DNA of 64,000 bases from assembly GCA_963756345.1 (NCBI GenBank), contig CAVWNM010000001.1:24773-88772 (forward strand), written 5' to 3'. Each line of letters opens with the position of its first letter. Within the stretch, counting starts at the first letter, position 1. A model generated the notes under the pieces. That model was not told where the DNA came from. It ran no database searches and saw nothing but the letters and a program-made list of their open reading frames with translations. This DNA comes from an uncultured Actinomycetota bacterium (GTDB lineage: Bacteria; Actinomycetota; Actinomycetes; Actinomycetales; Microbacteriaceae). Below are positions 28,403 through 38,200 of the stretch, piece by piece. The position numbers were made by a program, and so were the translations under genes.

Positions 28403-30166
28403 TTACCCCTTGTAGCGCTGGGGGCGCTCGCCGCGGTCGTTCTGGCGCGACCCGCCTCGGACGTCCGGGCGAATCTCGATCAGCTTGCCGCTGATGCGGG
28501 TGTCCTTCAGCTTGGAGAGCACGTGGCCGGGAAGGTCGGCCGGCAGTTCCACGATCGAGAAATCCGGTCTGATCTGGATGTGACCGAAGTCGTCCCGGCT
28601 CAGGCCGCCCTCATTCGCGAGTGCTCCCACGATCTGCCTCGGCTCGACACGGTGACGCTTGCCGACCTCGATGCGGTACGGCGACATGGGCTTGGTGGAG
28701 CGCGGGCGGCGCTCGGGGCGCTCGCCGCGGTCGTCGCCGCGATCCGGGCGGTCCGAGCGATCGTCGCGGTCGAAGCGCTGCGGCCGCTCGTCTGCAGCCG
28801 TCAACAGCAGCGGGATGTCACCCTGAGCCACCACGGCGAGGGCGGCAGCCACATCCGCCTCCGGCACATCGTGGTTCTTGATGTAGTGCCCGACGATGTC
28901 GCGGAAGGCGGCGATGCGGGCCTGCTGGTTGAGCGCCTCGGTGATGGCGTCGTCGAATCGCGCAAGCCGGGTGACGTTGACGTCGTCCACCGACGGCAGC
29001 TGCATCTGGGTCAGCGGCTGGCGGGTCGCCTTTTCGATGGCGCCGAGCAGCCGGCGCTCACGCGGGGTGACGAAGCTGATGGCGGCTCCACTGCGGCCCG
29101 CGCGGCCGGTGCGGCCGATGCGGTGTACGTACGATTCGGTGTCGATCGGGATGTCGAAGTTCACCACGTGGCTGATGCGGTCGACGTCGAGGCCTCGCGC
29201 CGCGACATCCGTCGCCACCAGAATGTCGAGCTTGCCCGACTTCAACTGCGCAACCGTGCGCTCGCGCTGGGCCTGGGCGACATCGCCGCTGATGGCGGCA
29301 GCGGAGTACCCGCGGGCGCGCAGCTTCTCGGCCAGGGTCTCCGTCTCGTTCTTGGTGCGGACGAAGACGATCATGCCCTCGAAGTTCTCGACCTCGAGGA
29401 TGCGGGTGAGGGCGTCGACCTTCTGCGGGTACGAGACCATGAGGTAGCGCTGGGTCGTGTTCGCCGAGGTTGTGGTCTTGTTCTCGACCGTGATCTCTTC
29501 GGCGTCGTGAAGGTACTTCTTCGAGATGCGACGGATCTGCGGTGGCATGGTCGCCGAGAACAGGGCGACCTGCTTGTCGTCCGGGGTGTCCGCAAGAATC
29601 GTCTCGACGTCTTCCGCGAAGCCCATCTTGAGCATCTCGTCGGCCTCGTCAAGCACGAGGTACTTGAGCTCTGACAGGTCGAGGGTTCCCTTGGCGAGGT
29701 GATCCATGATTCGACCGGGGGTGCCGACGACGACATGGACGCCGCGGCGCAGCGCCGACAACTGCACGCCGTAAGCCTGGCCGCCGTAGACGGGTAGCAC
29801 GTGCACGCCTCGCATGTGGGCGGCGTACTGCTCGAATGCCTCACACACCTGCAGTGCGAGCTCGCGGGTGGGGGAGAGCACGAGCGCCTGCGGCTTCTTC
29901 TGCGAAACATCGAGCCTGGACAGGATGGGCAGCGCGAACGCTGCGGTCTTGCCGGTACCGGTTTGCGCGAGCCCGACGACGTCGCGGCCGTCAAGCAGCG
30001 GCGGAATTGTCGCTGCCTGAATGGCCGACGGATACTCGTAGCCGACGTCGCGCACTGCTTTGAGTACTGCATCGCTCAACCCGAGGTTCGCGAAGCCCGT
30101 CGCCTCCGGAATCGCATCTGTATCGGTGTCGGCTTCGTTAATCTCGGTGGTGTCGTGGGACGTCAT
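28403..30166 (-). CDS. deaD: DEAD-box ATP-dependent RNA helicase with DbpA-like C-terminal RNA-binding domain
   Basis: Q-motif, AQTGTGKT (motif I), DEAD, SAT, HRIGRTGRAG. Basic/acidic linker and a C-terminal DbpA RNA-binding domain. Confidence 0.9.
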   Translation of the reverse strand: MTSHDTTEINEADTDTDAIPEATGFANLGLSDAVLKAVRDVGYEYPSAIQAATIPPLLDGRDVVGLAQTGTGKTAAFALPILSRLDVSQKKPQALVLSPTRELALQVCEAFEQYAAHMRGVHVLPVYGGQAYGVQLSALRRGVHVVVGTPGRIMDHLAKGTLDLSELKYLVLDEADEMLKMGFAEDVETILADTPDDKQVALFSATMPPQIRRISKKYLHDAEEITVENKTTTSANTTQRYLMVSYPQKVDALTRILEVENFEGMIVFVRTKNETETLAEKLRARGYSAAAISGDVAQAQRERTVAQLKSGKLDILVATDVAARGLDVDRISHVVNFDIPIDTESYVHRIGRTGRAGRSGAAISFVTPRERRLLGAIEKATRQPLTQMQLPSVDDVNVTRLARFDDAITEALNQQARIAAFRDIVGHYIKNHDVPEADVAAALAVVAQGDIPLLLTAADERPQRFDRDDRSDRPDRGDDRGERPERRPRSTKPMSPYRIEVGKRHRVEPRQIVGALANEGGLSRDDFGHIQIRPDFSIVELPADLPGHVLSKLKDTRISGKLIEIRPDVRGGSRQNDRGERPQRYKG

Positions 30167-30255
30167 TCCTACAACGGTAGTCGTCGGGGCGGCTTCTGGC
30201 TTGCGCGGCTTCCATCGATGACGTTGGCCGTTACCCTCGCCGGTAGAATTGGGGG

Positions 30256-31027
30256 ATGACTGACCTGAGCCTGCGGATGCCCAACACGCGACTTCGGGCG
30301 GTTCTGAACCTCGGAATCAGGCGCGTTCCTGCACCGGTCCTGCCGACGTCTCTCGCTGACCCAGAGCTGTTTGCTGACTGGGATGACGAAGCGGAGCTGA
30401 GCGATCTGCATGTCGAGTTCGAGGATGGGCAGCTTGCACCTCGAGACGACCAGCGCCGGAGTCAGCCATCATTTCCACACCGCGACTGGTGAGCATCGCG
30501 ACTCAAGCCCGTGGTCGTCCGACGACACTGCCGCACTGCTGCGTTGGGCGACCGCACTGGCGAACGACTTCCACGCGCTGCTGCCGGGGCTGCTCGACGA
30601 CATCACCCAGGCGGCAGCCTGGCACGACTCGGGGTTTGACCTCTACATCTGCGAGGTGGAGGAGCCTGTCCAGCTTGAGTTGCTGGAGATCGAGGTCGAG
30701 GGTGAACTGATGACCCTGCCCTGGCTTGGCGCCGGCAGCGTCTCCCACGACCACATCGACGGCGAGAATCATCCCATCGCGCTTGCCTGGGGCCCGGAAG
30801 AATCCGAACCGGATCGGCCGATCGCCGAAGCCTGGACCGACCCCCAGACCGGGTCACCGCAATCCAGGGCCCTGCCCGGAGTGGACTGGGATGAAATCGG
30901 ATTGCCCGCCGACGAGGTGCTGCCCTGGCTGGAAGGTATCTACCTCAATCACCACGTGATCCCGGATGCGGAGGGCACCCTCCTGAATGCCGTTCTGCGG
31001 CGACTCGGCGGCCTCGACCCGTCGTAG
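30256..31027 (+). CDS. acidic hypothetical protein, possibly frameshifted near 30425-30440
   Basis: ORFs 30256..30492 and 30410..31027 overlap in different frames. Both have coding-like acidic composition. The call may be a single gene or a gene starting at ATG 30425. Confidence 0.35.
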
Positions 31028-31133
31028 GTCTCCCACCTGGCGCCTGCCGGCAGGTTCGAGTAAAACTCGGGAAGGGTTGCACCGCCCGATAGGCTCGACA
31101 CGACAATTGCCGCAGTTGAAAGGGTCCGCCGGA

Positions 31134-32682
31134 GTGTTTTCCCCAGAGCAAGTGACGAACGCCATATTCGTGGGGGCCATCGTCCTCGTAGTGCTCATCG
31201 TGGTGATCGTGCTGCTGCGGGGCATCAAGGTCGCACGGCCCGACGAAGCGATCATCGTGACCTCGCGGCAGAAAGCCCTGAAAAAGGGCGAGGCGGAAAC
31301 CGAGAATGCCGGCCAGAAGGTCGTCTTCGGATCGCGCGTCTTCGTGAAGCCAATCGTCGAGGCATATTTCAAGCTCAGCCTGCGCAGCCGGCAACTGAAC
31401 GTGCAGGCCACGGCGCAGACCCGCGACGCCATCACCATTCGTGTGAACGCTGTCGCCGTCGTGAAGGTTGGTGGATCCGAGTCGATGGTTCGCGCCGCCG
31501 CCCAACGATTCCTCAACCAGCAGGATCAGATCGAAACATCCACCGAAGAAGTGCTCAGCGGATCGGTGAGATCGATCGTCGGTCAGCTCACCGTCACCGA
31601 GATCATCACCAACCGCTCCGCGCTGCAGGGCCAGGTGCTCGAGGCCGTACGCGAGTCGCTCGATGTGCAGGGCCTGACCATTGACACCCTCCAGATCAAG
31701 GAGATCGACGACGACAACGGTTACATTCGCGACCTTGGTCGCGCGGAGGCAGCTCGTGTGAAGCAGGTCGCAGAGATCGCCGAATCGGTGTCTCGACAGG
31801 CGTCGGAGGAAGCCAGAATTTCTGCAGACCAGGCGGTCGCGGAATCGCAGCGGCGGCTTGACCTGCGAAACGCGGAGATCCAGAAAGAAACCGACAAAGC
31901 ACGTGCCGAGGCTGCAGCCGCGGCCCCTCTCGCCGAAGCGATCGCACAGCAGGAGGTTGTGTCGCAACAGGAGGTGACCGCCGGAAAGCGTGTTGGCCTT
32001 CGCAAGCAGGAACTCGATGCCGAGATTCGCGCCGTCGCCGACGCCCAGGCCTATTCCATTTCGAAGAAGGCCGAAGCGGATGCCGTCGCCTCTGTTGCGG
32101 CGGCCAACGCCGACCGCGACTCGCGTCGCTCGAGTGCGGAAGCCGTCGAGGCCGAGGGTGTCGCCGAGCGTAACCGTCGTCGAAGCGCTGCAGAGGCCGT
32201 TGAGGCCGAGGGGCTTTCCGAGAAGAGTCGTCGCATCGCGGCTTCTGAGGCTCTGCAGGCCGAGGGGGAGGCTGAAGCCGCCTCGATCCGCGCCCGGGGT
32301 AACGCAGAGGCGGAGGCCACGCAGAGCGCGAGCCGAAGCACTCGAACAGGGCGCCAGCGACCTCCTGCGGCAGCAGGTCATCGCCCAGCTGCCCGCGATC
32401 GTGCGAGCGGCATCCGAACCTCTCGCCTCGATCTCCAACATGACGGTGATCTCGTCGGACGGGAAAGGATCGGAGCAGGTCGGCCAAAACGTGGCCACCC
32501 AACTGACGACGGTGAACCAGATTCTGAAAGACCTCGTCGGCATCGACATCTCCGACATCATCACCGGCCGGATGACGGGCGAAGCCATCGGGAAGGGTCT
32601 CGCCGGCAACCAGTCGGCAGCCGCAGCGACAACCGTGCCATCGCGCAGTGCCCAGGCGAAGAACCCAACGCCCGAATCGTAG
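31134..32682 (+). CDS. flotillin / SPFH (band-7) family protein, apparent frameshift near 32325-32345
   Basis: N-terminal TM segment (AIFVGAIVLVVLIVVIVLL). SPFH domain, then a long Ala/Glu-rich coiled coil in ORF 30987..32867. The conserved flotillin C-terminus (LPAIVRAASEPLASISNMTVISSDG) is in ORF 31990..32682. GTG 31134 or TTG 31116 start. Confidence 0.75.
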
Positions 32683-32698
32683 GAGCCTCGGCGACGAG

Positions 32699-33038
32699 TC
32701 AGTTTGTACGCGGGGGAGCGCTGGGCGTCGGCGGCTCCGTCGGCGCAGTCGGCCCGGAGTTCTCTTCCTGCACCCTTTGCACCAGCGACTTCCACGGGCC
32801 GGTCAGTGATGATTCCGGCACCGTAGCCGCGCGACGTTTGCGTGGAGCGCGCACCGTGATCACGTAAATGAAGCGATCGCGAGACTTCTCGTCCCGAGCG
32901 ACCTCCCGCCAGGGGCAGGCGTTGACGAGTTCGATGAGATCGTCAGCCTCATCGACCGCCGACGACACGCGACCACCGGCGGGTGAGCCCCGCGAAGCCG
33001 CCGGATCGCACGACGGTGATGGTCAGCTCAGGAGGCAT
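32699..33038 (-). CDS. emfourin-like protein (putative protein inhibitor of protealysin-like M4 proteases), apparent frameshift near 32955-32970
   Basis: ATG 33038 lies 5 nt after the protease stop. N-terminal MPPELTITVVRSGGFAGLTRR, then in the other frame ...DEADDLIELVNACPWREVA...SRDRFIYVITV...TVPESSLTGPWKSLVQRVQEE. The pattern recalls emfourin (SREGGFAYIPK ... GDQRYFRI ... LLIPE). Confidence 0.45.
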
Positions 33039-33043
33039 CGTGC

Positions 33044-34120
33044 TCAACCGTCCCTTGCCAACGTGGGGTCGGCGATTGTGCCAATGCCAACGCCGGCCCA
33101 GCCTCCGCGCACTGCAGTCACCTCGGGTGAGCATTGCACCGAAACGGGCGGTGGCGGCCGCGACCGTCGCCGCGGCGAACGCCGAAAAGTCCGCGCGGGC
33201 AGTGAGGATCGGGCCGGTGATCGTGTCGTACCAGATTTGGCCAGCCCGCTCCCAGGCGTTGCCGCCGAGCGCTTCGGCCACGAGATAGAACGCACGATTG
33301 GGGATCCCGGAATTGATGTGGACACCGCCGCTGTCTTCATCCGTGTAGACGTAGTCGTCGAAGTGCGCGGGCTGCGGATCCTTGCCGAGGATGTCGTCGT
33401 CGTACGCGGTGCCGGGCGCCTTGAGCGAGCGAAGCGCCGAGCCTTCGACTTCGTCGGTGAAGATGCCCTCGCCGATCAGCCAGCTGGCATCCTCCACGGA
33501 CTGACCGCGGCGAATGCTGCTCGACCAGTGCGCCGAAGACGTCAGACATCGATTCGTTGAGGGCCCCCGACTGGTCGCGGTACACGAGACCGGCGCTGAA
33601 CTGCGTCACACCGTGAGCGAGCTCATGCCCGATGACGGACAAGGGAAGCCGTGAACCGGGAGAAGATCTCGCCATCACCGTCGCCGAACACCATGCGTTC
33701 GCCATCCCAGAAGGCGTTGTCATACAGCCGGCCGTAGTGAACGGTCGCGTCGAGGGGGAGGCCAGCACCGTCGATCGAATTGCGCCCATACGCCTGGGAG
33801 AACAGGTCAAACGTGGCGCCGAGTCCGTCATAGGCCTCATCGGCGGCAAGATCGCCTACGGGAGGTTCGCTCTCCCGGCGAACCACGGTGCCGGGCAGCG
33901 ATTCGGTGGAGCCGGCATCAAAAATCGTGCGGTTGGGCGCATCGACCAGAGTTGCGACGAGATCCTGATTGTCGCCAAAACTCAGGTCGAAGCGCACCGA
34001 CCGGATTGCCCTATCGTGCTCGAGTGCGACGCGTGCGGCACGTGCAGCCACCGCGAACTTCGCGTCATCACACCGCGCGATGCGTCTCAGCAGGTACGGG
34101 GGAACGATTCCGTGAGTCAT
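33044..34120 (-). CDS. M4 (thermolysin) family zinc metalloprotease, protealysin-like, with at least 3 apparent frameshifts
   Basis: Pieces lie in four ORFs/frames: a short propeptide with PPL-type motif ([15 protein letters not shown]; 33623..34120); HEXXH...E zinc site ([10 protein letters not shown] ... NESMSDVFG; 33337..33849); C-terminal domain ([16 protein letters not shown]; 32949..33497); and the terminal WAGVGIG motif in ORF 33044..33340. Confidence 0.75.
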
Positions 34121-34152
34121 GATCCGAGCATGCCCCGTGCCACCGACGGAGA

Positions 34153-34263
34153 TTAGTCCTTGCGCTTGCTGGCGGCCTTGTCCTTCTTGTCAGCGCGCTT
34201 CTCTTTCAGAGACTTGCTGGCTGCGGTCTTGGCTGTGGTTTTCTTCGGTGACTTATCGGCCAT
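34153..34263 (-). CDS. 36-aa Lys/Ala-rich highly basic small protein (MADKSPKKTTAKTAASKSLKEKRADKKDKAASKRKD)
   Basis: Not in the ORF track (below the length cut-off). ATG 34263 is preceded by an AGGAGG ribosome-binding site at 7-nt spacing. Same strand, 33 bp upstream of the M4 protease gene. Confidence 0.5.
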   Translation of the reverse strand: MADKSPKKTTAKTAASKSLKEKRADKKDKAASKRKD

Positions 34264-34345
34264 GACGTTATCCTCCTGTGAGCCGGGTGGCTCGTCTCAC
34301 GAGCGTACCCCGCCAGCGGGGTGTGGTCACGCCTTCGACGAGGGG

Positions 34346-35245
34346 TCAGGCCGACTGCCGGTCTCGCTCGATACGGGCTATTCGTGCGCGTGCCGCATCC
34401 TCACTGGTGGAGGAAGTGCCAAGCAGTCTGCCGACGGCGCCCAGTACCACGCCCGTCGCCCAGATCACCGGCAGCGGAGAGCGGCGAAGCCCGAGCATCC
34501 TGCGGTGTTCTTCTGGCAATGACGCCACGGCTCCGGCAAACATCACCCGATAGGCGGGTCTCATGGAGCGACGAATCGGGGGATTCCTGATGAATTTCAC
34601 CGCCTCCAGTACGCGTTCATCGCTCTTGAGCACGGGACGAAAGCCCGCGATCTGCGCTTTCAGCTCCGCTCGGGATCGAGGTGGATGCTCGACTCCCACG
34701 AGTTCGCCCGCCGCCGCCCACTCACTCACGTAACGATCGGCGCCTCCGGGGATGGGGCCTCCCCACAGTTCATGGCACCCGAGGAATGCGTCGGTAAACA
34801 CGGCGTGCACCCAGGCCAGCAGTTCCTGGTCGCCTGCCGTGTACGGTCGCTCGACATTCTGGGCGTCGATGTAGGTTCCCGCGACTCTGTCGTGATAGCG
34901 GCCGACCCTCGCCGACTCGAGTCTTGCCTGTTCGGTACTGGCGAAGGTAACGGTGATGAGCCATTGGATGGTGCCCGACAGTCGGCCCAGCGGGTCTTCC
35001 TTGTAGCGCGACCAATCGTGCACGCCCGCCATCGCCCCGGGGTGCAGAGTCTGCATGAGCAGGGCCCTGATCCCCGCGACCATGGTCGCCATTCCTCCGT
35101 GCACGATCCACGCGGCCGAGTCCACGCCGAAGAAGCCGGCGTCATCGCCGAGTTCGATTCGGCTGACCCACTGCGGGCGACCGGAGCTCTCGCCAGACAG
35201 TGTCGTCAGCAGGTGCGAGCGCCACGTGTCCGAGAATCTGCTCAT
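34346..35245 (-). CDS. MpaB/DUF2236-family oxygenase
   Basis: 299-aa sequence with DUF2236-type motifs. Confidence 0.6.
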   Translation of the reverse strand: MSRFSDTWRSHLLTTLSGESSGRPQWVSRIELGDDAGFFGVDSAAWIVHGGMATMVAGIRALLMQTLHPGAMAGVHDWSRYKEDPLGRLSGTIQWLITVTFASTEQARLESARVGRYHDRVAGTYIDAQNVERPYTAGDQELLAWVHAVFTDAFLGCHELWGGPIPGGADRYVSEWAAAGELVGVEHPPRSRAELKAQIAGFRPVLKSDERVLEAVKFIRNPPIRRSMRPAYRVMFAGAVASLPEEHRRMLGLRRSPLPVIWATGVVLGAVGRLLGTSSTSEDAARARIARIERDRQSA

Positions 35246-35275
35246 TTCGGCACAGTATCCGCAGACGCTGGGAGG

Positions 35276-35683
35276 TTAGCCCAGCTCGTCCGTCGTCCGG
35301 CCGCGCAGCTTTTCCATGTCCCGTCGTTCGCGTTTCGTGGGGCGGCCCGCGCCCCGGTCGCGGCGAGGGAGCATCGCTACTTCCTCGGGGGCTGGCAGGG
35401 GCGGGCTGATGTCGGTGTATGCCTCGATGGCCACCGGAGCTCCGACCCTTTTGACGTGGATGTCGCGCACGACGAGGATGCGATCGAAACCCGCGATCCT
35501 CACCCGCACCTCGTCTCCGGCCTTGACGTGCTGGGCGGCTTTTGCGCGGTCACCGTTGACGCGGATGTGGCCCGACCGCGTGGCTGCGGTGGCCGCTGAG
35601 CGGGTTTTGAACACCCTCACGGCCCACAGCCAGCTGTCGACGCGCGCCGACAGTCCCGTCATCGCGCTATTCGGCTGCGACAT
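35276..35683 (-). CDS. S4 RNA-binding domain protein (Hsp15-like)
   Basis: S4 motif RVDSWLWAVRVFKTRSAATAATRSGHIRVNG. Confidence 0.7.
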   Translation of the reverse strand: MSQPNSAMTGLSARVDSWLWAVRVFKTRSAATAATRSGHIRVNGDRAKAAQHVKAGDEVRVRIAGFDRILVVRDIHVKRVGAPVAIEAYTDISPPLPAPEEVAMLPRRDRGAGRPTKRERRDMEKLRGRTTDELG

Positions 35684-36110
35684 CCGTCTTCCATTTCACG
35701 AGCCCACGAACGGTTTCGCTCGGGTCGTGAGCGAGTTTGTCCATCGCATCGGACGGCACGAAGAAATTCAGCGCGAGAAATCCGCGCACTCGCTCGGACG
35801 GGTCGGTCGCGAGCGATCGGAGAACGTCGCACGGCGCGGATTCATTGCGAGCGACGCACGATCGCACGCCTTCGTCGGAGTCGGCCGCGAGAACAATAAA
35901 CAGGTCTTCCGGCGTGTTCGGACTGCTGGCGACGCTCTCGCGGATCTTCGAATTCGGGTCTGCGGCAAGAAGGCGAAGCCTGGCAATCTTGCTCTCGGTG
36001 ACGGCCGGGGCCGGATGAAGTGCTGCTGCCTGCTCGGCCGTCAGCATGGCCGGCGCCATCGCCGCCATCTGCTTTCGCTGGGCTGGAGTGTTGAAGCGGA
36101 TGCACGACAT
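35667..36110 (-). CDS. leucine-rich-repeat-variant (LRV)/HEAT-like repeat protein
   Basis: At least 3 tandem D-P/D-x-x-VR repeats (LAADPNSKIRESVASSPNTP / LAADSDEGVRSCVARNESAP / LATDPSERVRGFLALN / AHDPSETVRGLV). Overlaps the S4 gene by 17 nt. Confidence 0.5.
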   Translation of the reverse strand: MSCIRFNTPAQRKQMAAMAPAMLTAEQAAALHPAPAVTESKIARLRLLAADPNSKIRESVASSPNTPEDLFIVLAADSDEGVRSCVARNESAPCDVLRSLATDPSERVRGFLALNFFVPSDAMDKLAHDPSETVRGLVKWKTDVAAE

Positions 36111-36195
36111 GACTTAAACGGTAGCCCGTCGTCCAAATCGGCGGGGTATGCGACACGTCTCATCCATTACTGTGGTCTGTAGGGGAGGACTGCTA

Positions 36196-36729
36196 ATGGC
36201 TGGACATGACGATACTTTCGACGGCGCATCCGTCCCCGAGGGCGCAACGCCCGACAAAGCTGAACTTGGAGTAGCTGTGCCTGATGAGACCTCAACGCCG
36301 CGCGACGATACGACAGTCACGTATGGTGACGAGTTTGCGGCGCAATTAGCCGCGCTTGACGGCTCGGCGTCGCCCGAGGAGCAGGACGCAATCTCGGCGT
36401 TGCCGTCCGGCTCGGCGCTGCTGGTTGTGCGTCGCGGCCCCAACGTCGGCGCGCGCTTCCTGCTCGACGCCGACGTCACGACCGTCGGCCGTCACCCCGA
36501 AGCAGATATTTTTCTGGATGACGTGACCGTGTCACGCCGTCACGCCGAATTCCTCCGCCACGGCACCGCCTTCCAGGTCAAAGACCTCGGCTCGCTGAAT
36601 GGCACATACTTCGACGGCGTTCGCATCGACACTGCGCTGCTGAGCGATGGCGCCGAGGTGCAGGTTGGTAAGTTCCGGCTTACCTTCTACGCATCACGGT
36701 CCGACCTCGCGCACCTGGCCGGGCGGTAG
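36196..36729 (+). CDS. garA: FHA-domain regulator GarA/OdhI
   Basis: Close match to M. tuberculosis GarA in the FHA core (GSALLVVRRGPNVGARFLLD...GRHPEADIFLDDVTVSRRHAEF...VKDLGSLNGTY...QVGKFRL). ATG 36196 with a GGGGAGGA ribosome-binding site. Confidence 0.9.
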   Translation: MAGHDDTFDGASVPEGATPDKAELGVAVPDETSTPRDDTTVTYGDEFAAQLAALDGSASPEEQDAISALPSGSALLVVRRGPNVGARFLLDADVTTVGRHPEADIFLDDVTVSRRHAEFLRHGTAFQVKDLGSLNGTYFDGVRIDTALLSDGAEVQVGKFRLTFYASRSDLAHLAGR

Positions 36730-37427
36730 TGGCGGGCAGTGCTGCCCAGTCGAGAGTGTCTGGGAGCCCGAGCCTTCTGAGCATCGGGCAGGTTCTGGCG
36801 AAACTGAGTCCGGAGTTTCCTGACCTCACGCCCTCCAAGCTTCGATTCCTGGAGGAACGGCAGCTCGTATCGCCAGCACGCACGGAATCCGGCTACCGCA
36901 AATTCTCGACTGCGGACATGGAGCGACTGCGCTTTGTGCTCTCGATGCAGCGGGACCACTACCTGCCACTCAAGGTCATCAGGGGATACCTCGCCGAGCT
37001 CGACGCCGGACGTTCTCCCGAATTGCCAGGTGGAATGCTCCCGGGCCCATCGATGCTCTCGACCGAGCGAAAGCTCAGCCGCGAGGAACTGATTCGGGAG
37101 GCTGGAGCCAACTCGATGCTGCTGGGCGACGCCATCACGGCGTCCCTCATTGTGCCTGCAGATCTGTTCGGTGAGGATTCGCTCGCGGTGCTGAAGTCAC
37201 TCGTCGAGTTGCAGCGGTCCGGTATCGAGCCGAGGCATCTTCGTGGCTTCAGGGCTTCAGCGGAGCGCGAGCTCGGTCTGATCGAAAATGCGCTCATGCC
37301 CGTCGCTCGACGCAAAGATGCGTCCAGCCGTGCACGGGCTGCGGAGATGGCGCGCGAAATCGCCGGCCAGCTCGAAATTGTGCGCAGCAGTCTTATCCGA
37401 TCCGCCCTCACGAGGCTCGATTCGTAG
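36729..37427 (+). CDS. MerR family transcriptional regulator (Rv1828/FtsR-like)
   Basis: MerR HTH (LSIGQVLAKLSPEFPDLTPSKLRFLEERQL). Position directly after garA as in mycobacteria/corynebacteria. GTG start overlaps the garA stop. Confidence 0.8.
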   Translation: MAGSAAQSRVSGSPSLLSIGQVLAKLSPEFPDLTPSKLRFLEERQLVSPARTESGYRKFSTADMERLRFVLSMQRDHYLPLKVIRGYLAELDAGRSPELPGGMLPGPSMLSTERKLSREELIREAGANSMLLGDAITASLIVPADLFGEDSLAVLKSLVELQRSGIEPRHLRGFRASAERELGLIENALMPVARRKDASSRARAAEMAREIAGQLEIVRSSLIRSALTRLDS

Positions 37428-37573
37428 TACGTTCGAGGCACCCCCTATTTCGACACGCCTGACAAATGTCGTCGTTCGAAGTGCGGGGCGTGAGTACCTT
37501 GGGGTTAGACGAAACACTAAGTCTCAACTGCAAGATGAATGTTTGTACTCTCCAGCATTAAGGGGCATGTGCC

Positions 37574-38122
37574 ATGAGTGAACTCAGCCGTAGCGAGTCT
37601 TCCCGCTACGACCTCGGCCTGCTCTTCACCGACGGCATGGTCGAGCTCGATTCGGATGCTGGATACCGCGGCGCGATCGCCGCCCGAGCGGCAGGCATCA
37701 GCTACCGCCAGCTCGATTACTGGGCGCGCACCCAGCTCGTCGAGCCCACGGTTCGCGGTGCAGCCGGATCGGGTTCACAGCGCCTCTACGGCTTCCGCGA
37801 CATCCTCGTCCTCAAGCTCGTCAAGCGACTTCTGGACACCGGAATTTCGCTGCAGCAGATCCGGGTTGCAGTCAATCAGTTGCGCGAATCCGGCATCAAC
37901 GACCTTGCCCAGACCACCCTGATGAGCGACGGTGCGAGCGTCTACCTGTGCACCTCGAACGATGAGGTCATCGACCTCGTCAGCCGCGGCCAGGGCGTCT
38001 TTGGTATCGCCGTGGGCAAGGTCCTTCGCGAAGTCGAGCATGACCTCGTCGAGCTCGATTCCGACAAGGGTGAAGACCCCATGGACGAGCTCGCAAAGCG
38101 CCGGTCTGTCCGCGCCTCATAG
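37574..38122 (+). CDS. MerR family transcriptional regulator (Rv1830-like)
   Basis: MerR HTH (GISYRQLDYWARTQLVEP). Confidence 0.75.
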   Translation: MSELSRSESSRYDLGLLFTDGMVELDSDAGYRGAIAARAAGISYRQLDYWARTQLVEPTVRGAAGSGSQRLYGFRDILVLKLVKRLLDTGISLQQIRVAVNQLRESGINDLAQTTLMSDGASVYLCTSNDEVIDLVSRGQGVFGIAVGKVLREVEHDLVELDSDKGEDPMDELAKRRSVRAS

Positions 38123-38200
38123 CCTTCTCCGCGGGGACGTCGTCCCCGCATCGTCGCCTGCTGGTCTGCTCCCGAGCGGCGTTGATTCCTGCGGCAGCAG

